31,242 bases of DNA, taken from a virus (lineage: Duplodnaviria > Caudoviricetes). The notes below the pieces were generated by a model. The model did no database searches. It saw nothing but the letters and a program-made list of their open reading frames with translations, and was not told the origin of the DNA. Position 1 is the first letter of the stretch, and each line of letters opens with the position of its first letter. The stretch lies in the IMG/VR virus record IMGVR_UViG_3300030207_001546, positions 1 through 31,242 of that record, one strand, 5' to 3'. Made by a program: the position numbers and the translations under genes. Shown here piece by piece: positions 19,045 to 27,200 of this stretch.

Positions 19045-21408
19045 ATGCCACACTCAGGATATACAGTAAGTTCAGCAAGTATAGGATATATGTCAGGTAA
19101 TTCTGCTACAACGAGCGGGAACAATGGTGTGTTTCAATTAATAATAACGCCAGACGTAGGTTTTGTTGTTGCTGCTACAGACTTTGCTATAGGAGACCCT
19201 TTTGATGCTACGAAAATAAATAGTGTTACGTTTGCTGATAGTCAATTTGGCGCATATCACCCTCAAAACTTTGTTGTTGTTACTGTTACTATGCAAGCAA
19301 CTTATATTGTTAGTGCTACTGAAACTATATTTATAGATATTGATGGAAAAGCAGATGGTATTGTTTCTCATTCAAATGTAGACGTTTGTTTAAAAGAACA
19401 GGTTCAGTTAGAAGGCAATTGTCCACTTTCTTATTGGCCAGCTTCTGGATCACCTATATCTCCTGGCATGGTTGATCCTCCTGGAACTAATTGTTTAAGT
19501 TCTTTTGTAGAAACAGAAATAGGTGGTGGTGTTACACAAACTAATTTAGCTAACAATACTAACTGGCCAAATCCTCTTTTAAATCTACCTCAATTTAGTG
19601 GATCTACAGGTATAGACTCAGCAGAGGTAAACCAATATCAGGTTGTACATAATCCTATATCCCCTGGAACACCTACAACTTTGTTTACTAAAATATTTTG
19701 GACTGGTCCAGGTAGAGACTTTTCAGTAGTACCATTTTACGAGCTAAATGCTTTAGCAGCTGCTTCTGGTGATTACATAATAGAAGAAAGCCAAGACAAT
19801 TACAATGTAGATAAAACTTTAATTTCTGCAATTACTAACAATCACATTATTACGGTTGACACAACAGATATATTACCTGGTATGCAAGTTACAGGTAGTA
19901 CTTTAACAACGTGTTCTTACGATCCAAATACAAACCCAACACCAGCTAATCTTTGTTATCCTAGTTTTGGTATGGATATAAGAGTTACAAAAGTAGATGC
20001 AGCTAGCAACAAGGTTCATTTAACAGAAGCTATTAGTTCTTTAGCCGTTGGAGATGTTTTAAACTTTTCTACAATATCTTTTTCAGACATGGGTAATGGC
20101 TTTATATCAGGCGGAAACGTTGTTTGTAAAAAGTTTGTTGTAAAGTATAACGGTTCTTCAGATATTTCTTGTGGTGATCATGTTATAAACTGGGCGCAAG
20201 CGTCTGGTAGTACTGTTTTAAGCGATTTAAGTCAACCTAAAATAATAGCCACAAGCATACCTACTAGAGATTTAATAGGCAATGGTGATGTTAGAAGATT
20301 AAGAATACAAGGCACAAAAGGATTAGCAACTTTTTCCGTTAATATATACAGTCAATCAGATAATACTAGTTATGATTTTAATGAAGACAAGTTTACTGTT
20401 GGAGCTTCTGACTTAATAGATCAAACAGTTAACGAAAATGGACAATATGTAAAAGATATAATACTACCTTTTAGTTCTGTTGATAATACTTACACAGTAA
20501 CAATAACACCTAAAACAGTAAAAGATAAGTCGTATTTAAGTACTGTTGTTGACTCAAGTGTTTTAACTTCTTTTGAGATAAAACAGTTTGTAACTAAAAC
20601 GTTAACATTTACAACAGATGCAACTACAACAGGTTTGACTTTAGCTTCTGGTTTAACAAATAGTATTTCTATATCTAGTCAACCTGGCGTATTAAGAAAT
20701 ATAAACACACCTACTTGGTCTGGTAATATAACAAAAGCAGATGGGTCTGTGCTTTATGTAAATAGAAATCCGCTTGCTTTAAAAAATAATGGTGTAGACA
20801 CAGGAGACTTTAATTTTAATACAACAAGTACTACAGATGGTCAAAGCAACTCAACAAATCTAACGCTTTCACCAACTATAACAGGAGCTGGTACAGCAAC
20901 TATAACCGCTACTATAACTGGTAATTTAATTTCAATGGGTACTAAAAACACTACCGTAACTTTTGATGTAGATAATTTTATAACAGTTAAGCCCTCTGTA
21001 CCTGATATTGGAGGTGGTAGATCAACTAGAGGTGAAACTGATGTTGAATTCATAACAAATGTTGAAAGTGGTGAAGGTGGTAACCCAAAAGAAGGTGCTA
21101 GTGATACTATTACTATTAGTCTTTCAAGCGAGGATCAATTTGTAGATATAGATTTAAGAAGTTTTGATAACGATACTAACGCTAGTTCTAAAACACTATC
21201 AACGGTTACAGATCCTGAGAAAGGAAGTTTATCTGGCTTCGGTGGTTCTGGTAGCGCATACGATGCTGGTAAAGTAAGATATGTTAGAAATGAAGACGTT
21301 GTTATTAGACCAGGTGGTACAGATCAGTTTATTTACAAAGCAACTGTAGGTGGAGTAGATAGTGATCAAAGTGGACAAGGAACTGTAACAATAACATTTA
21401 TAGAATAA
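19045..21408 (+). CDS. Beta-rich virion structural protein with C-terminal Ig/cadherin-like domain
   Basis: 787 aa, Thr/Ser/Gly-rich. The C-terminus IDLRSFDND...TVTDPEKGSLS...VRY...GTDQFIYKA...GTVTITF matches the bacterial Ig/cadherin-like repeat pattern. Confidence 0.65.
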   Translation: MPHSGYTVSSASIGYMSGNSATTSGNNGVFQLIITPDVGFVVAATDFAIGDPFDATKINSVTFADSQFGAYHPQNFVVVTVTMQATYIVSATETIFIDIDGKADGIVSHSNVDVCLKEQVQLEGNCPLSYWPASGSPISPGMVDPPGTNCLSSFVETEIGGGVTQTNLANNTNWPNPLLNLPQFSGSTGIDSAEVNQYQVVHNPISPGTPTTLFTKIFWTGPGRDFSVVPFYELNALAAASGDYIIEESQDNYNVDKTLISAITNNHIITVDTTDILPGMQVTGSTLTTCSYDPNTNPTPANLCYPSFGMDIRVTKVDAASNKVHLTEAISSLAVGDVLNFSTISFSDMGNGFISGGNVVCKKFVVKYNGSSDISCGDHVINWAQASGSTVLSDLSQPKIIATSIPTRDLIGNGDVRRLRIQGTKGLATFSVNIYSQSDNTSYDFNEDKFTVGASDLIDQTVNENGQYVKDIILPFSSVDNTYTVTITPKTVKDKSYLSTVVDSSVLTSFEIKQFVTKTLTFTTDATTTGLTLASGLTNSISISSQPGVLRNINTPTWSGNITKADGSVLYVNRNPLALKNNGVDTGDFNFNTTSTTDGQSNSTNLTLSPTITGAGTATITATITGNLISMGTKNTTVTFDVDNFITVKPSVPDIGGGRSTRGETDVEFITNVESGEGGNPKEGASDTITISLSSEDQFVDIDLRSFDNDTNASSKTLSTVTDPEKGSLSGFGGSGSAYDAGKVRYVRNEDVVIRPGGTDQFIYKATVGGVDSDQSGQGTVTITFIE

Positions 21409-21409
21409 T

Positions 21410-21763
21410 ATGGCATTAATAACATTAACATTTTCAGGAACAATAAATACTTCAGTACAAATAAACGATATAGTTTACGCCGTAAACACTGTATCTTTAG
21501 GTGGTTTTAATACTGGTAGTTCAAACGATATAACAATATTAGGCCCTGTAACTTCAGTAACTACAAACACTGTTGTTTACGACGATACTGCTTCTGGTAA
21601 CCAACCTAGCGCTGGAGATTTTATAATGTTTAGTAAAGATAATACTGTTAACATGACCAGCTTGTTAGGTTACTTTGCTAGAGTGCAATTAACAAATAAC
21701 GATGTTTCTAATCACGGAGAGCTGTTTTCGCTTGAAGCAGGTTATGATGAGAGTAGTAAATAA
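21410..21763 (+). CDS. Small tail-associated protein
   Basis: 117 aa, beta-rich (INTSVQINDIVY...FIMFSKDN...SLLGYFARVQLTN...ELFSL); starts 1 nt after the previous stop. Confidence 0.65.
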   Translation: MALITLTFSGTINTSVQINDIVYAVNTVSLGGFNTGSSNDITILGPVTSVTTNTVVYDDTASGNQPSAGDFIMFSKDNTVNMTSLLGYFARVQLTNNDVSNHGELFSLEAGYDESSK

Positions 21764-21774
21764 TTAGTAAAAAC

Positions 21775-21792
21775 TGTAACTATAAAGTTACA
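21775..21792. promoter_or_regulatory. Intergenic palindrome TGTAACT-ATAA-AGTTACA
   Basis: Perfect 7-bp inverted repeat 16 nt upstream of the first putative ejected-protein gene. Confidence 0.4.
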
Positions 21793-21808
21793 ATAAAATA
21801 TAAATAAT

Positions 21809-22489
21809 ATGAGTAAAAATTCACCTTTTAAGTTTAATCCTTTGAGCTTGATCTCTGGAGGTATAAATATATACCAAGGTTTAGCTGGCTCAAAAGCTAG
21901 AAAAGCAGAACAACAAGAGGCAAATAGAGAGTTAGCTAAACGTAAGGCAGATTTTGAAGGTACAGATCTTAGTAATCCTTACGCTAACATGGAAAATGCT
22001 TATGAGGATTTAACTATTAACCAACAACAAGCTCAATTTGAAGCGCAACAAGGACAGCAACAGAGAGCTAATATAATGCAAAATATGGCTGGTGCAGCAG
22101 GTAGTAGTGGTGTAGCTGGTTTAGCTCAGGCTATGGCTAACCAAGGCCAACTAGCAACACAAAGAGCAAGCGCATCTATAGGACAACAAGAAGCTGCTAA
22201 TCAAAGAGCTGCGGCTCAAGGACAGATGGCTATACAAAGTAAAGAGCGTTATGGTAAAATGCTAGAGCAAGATAGAAGACTTGACATGAACGAAACCTTG
22301 CTAGGTATGTCTCAACAAAGAAAAATAGCTGCTGACGAAGCTAGACAGCAAGCTAGAGATTCTATAATGAAAGGTGTAGGTCAAACAGTTAGTGCTTTTA
22401 TGATGAAAGGTCCAAAAGGAGGTGTTGGTGGTAGTGGTTTTAAAATGAAAGATCCTACGTTTTTTAAAAAATCAATAAAAAAATATTAA
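21809..22489 (+). CDS. Putative internal virion/DNA ejection (pilot) protein
   Basis: 226 aa. Gly-rich amphipathic N-terminus (LSLISGGINIYQGLAG), then Gln/Ala-rich helices (QQQAQFEAQQGQQQRANIMQ...AQAMANQ), typical of podovirus ejection proteins located after tail genes. Confidence 0.65.
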   Translation: MSKNSPFKFNPLSLISGGINIYQGLAGSKARKAEQQEANRELAKRKADFEGTDLSNPYANMENAYEDLTINQQQAQFEAQQGQQQRANIMQNMAGAAGSSGVAGLAQAMANQGQLATQRASASIGQQEAANQRAAAQGQMAIQSKERYGKMLEQDRRLDMNETLLGMSQQRKIAADEARQQARDSIMKGVGQTVSAFMMKGPKGGVGGSGFKMKDPTFFKKSIKKY

Positions 22490-22490
22490 C

Positions 22491-24218
22491 ATGGCAAAAA
22501 AATCACCTTTAAAAATAAATGAAAGCCTTGTTAAAAGAACTAGGTTAACATCTAATTATACTAGTGGAGAAAAATCTACTATGGGTAGGTGGAATACAGA
22601 TAATTTGTTTGACTCTTCAAAACAAACTATGGCAAATAGAATGATAAATAATGAAGAGAAAAGTTTAAAAGAAGAAAATCGTAATCCAGATACTTATTCT
22701 AATACAGGTACTTACTCTAAACACCACTTGTTTGATCCTACTTTACCTATATATCCTAACCAACCACAGACTGATGCTCCAGAAAAAAAGCTAACCAAGC
22801 TTGAAGAGAAACAAAAAAAGCTTGAAGAGATATTGCAAAAAACAGATGGTAAAGAAAACTTCAAAACAAAAAGACTTAGAAGGCAAATAAAAAAACTTAT
22901 AGATTTTCAAACACCTTTAGCTCAAAGAGTTACAGAAAAAATAACACCTGAAAATAAATTAGATTTAGGATTACCATACTCAGATAGCTATTTAAGAAGT
23001 AGAGGTATGGATCCCAAAGACTATAGGATGCTTAGTGACGATGCTGAAAAATCAAAAATAAGACAAGCGCCTATTACACCTGCTTTTTTTGATCCTAATG
23101 AAAAAGGTTCTACTAGAGATAGTTATCTACCAGGTAAAATAGTATATAAAGATGGTATTAAATACTATCAAGCCTCTGACGGTACTTTGCATACTGGTCA
23201 AATCGAAGACTACGAAAAAGAATTACAACAAGATAGAGAGATGTTTCCTGATGGTCCACCGCCTATGAAACAACTAGAACAACCTATACCAGGCGGCGTG
23301 TTACCAGAAGTTACTATTTACGATACTTTTAACACTATAGACGCTGAAACATTTGAAGAAAAGAAACAAGATTATATAGAAAATTTTAGATTTGGTTCTA
23401 AGGCTGGCGCTAGAATAGATACTTTAGGAAATAAAACTTGGAAAGAGGCAACTAGAGGTTGGCTTAAAAACGTACAAGAAAATATTTTTAATGCTATTGG
23501 TGATGGTGAAACTGATATTGCTGCTAAATGGATGGACAACACTAGGAACTTAATAAATAATATTAAAATTTTTGAAAACAAAAAAGTTGAGGATTTTGGT
23601 AGACAATTTACAGATGAAATAAAAGGTAATACAGGTGGTAGTATAATGTCAAAAGGTAGCCATAAAGGTGACATGAGAAAGTATGACATGACTTATATGG
23701 GCGCTAATAATATAAACTTAGAAATATCTGAAGATGGAGACATGTTTTTTAAAATGGAAGGTATTGATGATGTTTGGTCTGTTAAAGATTTAGGTAGAAA
23801 TACTTTTAGCAAAAACTTTCAAGGGGCTTTACGTTACGATGAGATAAAACAAAGTTTAATAGAATCTGCGAAGCAAAACAAACCTTTCTCTAAAAACGCT
23901 TTAGAAGGTAGCATAGATAGTTTATTAGTAAATAAAGAAGCTATACTTTCTTTTGCTCATGATGATTTAGGAGACAATAAAGCTTTGTTTGATTTATATG
24001 AAAAAGCAGCTAGAGAAAGAGGCTTAAAAATTAATATAGAACCTTTTATGCCAGAGAGCCAAGAGTTTGATTTAAAAAGAGTTAAAAACATGGTTAAAAA
24101 AGGATTAGTGTCACAAGCTGAAGAAGTTTATAATGCACACTTGTCTAATTATGCAAAAGAAAATGTAGACAAAGCCGAAAAAATGTCTGCCAAAGACTTA
24201 ATAGAAAAGTATAAATAA
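22491..24218 (+). CDS. Putative internal virion/cargo protein
   Basis: 575 aa with a Pro-rich, low-structure N-half and a helical C-half; lies between the pilot-like gene and the giant gene. Confidence 0.6.
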   Translation: MAKKSPLKINESLVKRTRLTSNYTSGEKSTMGRWNTDNLFDSSKQTMANRMINNEEKSLKEENRNPDTYSNTGTYSKHHLFDPTLPIYPNQPQTDAPEKKLTKLEEKQKKLEEILQKTDGKENFKTKRLRRQIKKLIDFQTPLAQRVTEKITPENKLDLGLPYSDSYLRSRGMDPKDYRMLSDDAEKSKIRQAPITPAFFDPNEKGSTRDSYLPGKIVYKDGIKYYQASDGTLHTGQIEDYEKELQQDREMFPDGPPPMKQLEQPIPGGVLPEVTIYDTFNTIDAETFEEKKQDYIENFRFGSKAGARIDTLGNKTWKEATRGWLKNVQENIFNAIGDGETDIAAKWMDNTRNLINNIKIFENKKVEDFGRQFTDEIKGNTGGSIMSKGSHKGDMRKYDMTYMGANNINLEISEDGDMFFKMEGIDDVWSVKDLGRNTFSKNFQGALRYDEIKQSLIESAKQNKPFSKNALEGSIDSLLVNKEAILSFAHDDLGDNKALFDLYEKAARERGLKINIEPFMPESQEFDLKRVKNMVKKGLVSQAEEVYNAHLSNYAKENVDKAEKMSAKDLIEKYK

Positions 24219-24226
24219 AATTTAAT

Positions 24227-27200
24227 ATGAGTAATTTTTTAGAAAGAATTATAACAAACATGCGAAATGACAATGCCTCTAACGAAGACATTGAAGCTGT
24301 TATTGACTATGATAAAAAAGAAAAACAGTTAAACAGCGTTGTAGATTTAAATCAAACTTCTTATTCTTATAACCCTAATCAAAACGATGCTATAGATCCT
24401 TTTGAAGCTAAAGACAAAGCTGACGTACCTAAAGAAGATAGAAAAAGAATACAAAAATATTTAAGAGGCGAGCTTGGCTGGAGACAATATAGATCTGCCA
24501 AAAGAGATGGTACTATAGAGGATTTAATACAAACAAGATATAACGACGAAATAACTAAAAAATCTTTAGAACAAGAACAACCTGTTGTTGAAACAAGTAC
24601 TCCTGAGGTAGAAACAGAGCCTGAAGTAAGCGAGGGTAAAACTACAAAAGTTTTTGAGACTGAAGAAAAAATGGACGAGTACTTAACGAAACCAATGAAA
24701 GGAACTCTTCCTGAAGTTACTGTTAGTCCCAAAGAAGAAGAAGAAAAAGAAGACATTTTAAGTAAAATAGATTTACCACCAGAAGAGAAGTTAGATATAG
24801 ACAATGCTTTTAATACAGAAACAGTTGAAGAAGTTACTGATAGAAACAAAAATCTTGACAAAGATACTCAAGGAAAATCAGACCCTAACTGGTTTAAAGA
24901 AAATATAACAACAACTGTCGATGAAGAATTAAAAACTACAGGTTCTGTAACAAATTACCATAGTGAGTTAGAAGAAATAACTAATAATTACGGGCCTGCT
25001 ACTTTGTTTATTAGAGAACATGTAACTGACGCTGGTCAAACAAAGTTTGTTGTTTATCCTAACATTGTTATAGCGTTTGATCAACCGAGAATAGATTTAG
25101 AAGCAATAGATGTTGATAACGATAATATAGTAAAAAACGATGGTAAGGCTATTGGTTATTTTAACAATGATAATGATGCTTTTGGGTATAATCAAATAAA
25201 TGGTTTATACAAAACTTTTGATAACGAAGAACAAGCTATAAAGTATGTTGAAGATTACACTAGTCAAAACCCGTATTTTATAAATCCTAACCAATATGAT
25301 GGTGATAAGTATGAAAACTTTATGCCTACAGATTACGAAGGTATTATAAAACCAGTTCAACCAACTACTATAGACTTTCCAGAAAACGTTAAAGAACAAG
25401 ATTATTTTGAATTCAACACAACTGGTGGCGGTAATTTAGTTGGTAATATTTCTTACTACAATAACTATGATTACTTTCAAGAAATACAGCAAAACACTAT
25501 TGACTATAACAAAACTAAGGTAAACTACGACGATTTAATTAAAAGTAAAAAGTTTAGAAAAGAGTTAAAAAAAGTTGATATACCTAAAACACCTTATAAA
25601 AATTTACACGAAATATTATCAACAGTATCTAATGAGCTAGATAAAATAGAAAACGGTTTGGTTACTAGAACTGATTACGTATCTAATATAAGTAGTGGTA
25701 GAACTAAAAGTGTAAAACTACTTAGAGAAAAACTTATAGACGTGTATGAGTTTATAGAAGGTGCTTATGAATTAGGTAAACTAGATGTTTTAGCTATAGA
25801 AGACGAAATAAAAGAAATATTAAGTATTTATGATGATATAAACGAATATCATGTTTTAGCTGATAAAGATATTAAACATGTTTTTAACAATGGTAAGAGT
25901 GATTACATTATAGATTACATTGAGGATAATTATCCAAATTTAGCAAAAAACACGGATGATCTTATTGAGTTTTTAGTTTACAATAAAGATAAAGGAAATG
26001 TGTTGACAGAATGGGCAAAAGATGTTGGTAACTATATAAATACTGGCGAGTGGAATTACGAGCAAGTAGATTTTGATGAAAAAAAATTATTAGATTATAT
26101 TTTTAGTATTGATCCAAAAAAATCTTTACAAGATATGCCTTTGCACGATAAGGACGGTAGTTCTTATAATGCGAGAAATTATAAGTTTCTAAAAGACTTA
26201 GGTATAAATATGAAAGTAGATAGCCCTGCAGCTAAGCTTTTAATTTTAGAGGCTTTAAAAGGAATAATATCTTATAAATGGAGACAGTATGAAGGAGCTT
26301 GGCAAGATTTTAACTCTATGTCGCAAAAGGCTTTAAGCGCTAGCTATGATTGGAAAACAATAAATGATGACGGTTTAGAAGAGGATATTGTAATTTCTGG
26401 TTATCAAATAATGGAAGAGCTAAAAAACACAAAAGCTTTTGTAGACTCTTTACCTTCTAAATACAAAAAACTTAAAGAGTTAAATATTAAAAGTCAACCA
26501 ATAAAAGAAATAATGGATGGCTTAATAGAAACTTATGACAATATAGATAGAAAAATATTTGGAAGCCCTGGTGATAATGGTGTCTGGGGTGACGAAGATG
26601 ATATTTATGGGGAGTTTCAATTATTGACTATGCCACAAGTAGTTAATGGCATTATTGTGCCTATGACTGACATAGACAAAGAAAAAGTTTTTAATAAACT
26701 AAACTTAAAATCTACTAGATTAAAAAAACAGGCAAGATTAACTTTTGAAAAAGAAAACCAAGAGTTATTGTTTAAAAACAAACAACTACAAGAAGAGTGG
26801 AACTCTTATACAAAAGGTGTTGAAAACCTTAATAAAAAAATAGAAAAAGCTGTTTTAATAAAGTCAATGTGGGATGGTGTAAATGAGTTTGGAGAAGAAC
26901 ATCTTTTAAAACAAAATATAAGAGATTTAGATGCTTATAAAAATATAATTGGAACAAAACCTATTAACAACAAGATGGAGGCGGAAGAGGTTATGTCTCA
27001 AAGCCCAGCAACTTTATTAGTAGAGCTATATGATTTAGAAAATGTAATTAAAAGATTAGAAGCTGACTTAGACGCCGCGGGTGATGATAGTTTTTATATA
27101 CCTGTACTTGGTAAGTTTGGTGGGCAATTATCTCGTTTAATTAACTTAGTTGCAATATCAGATCCTGTAAGAGAAAAGTTTGTTTCTACAAAAACAGACT

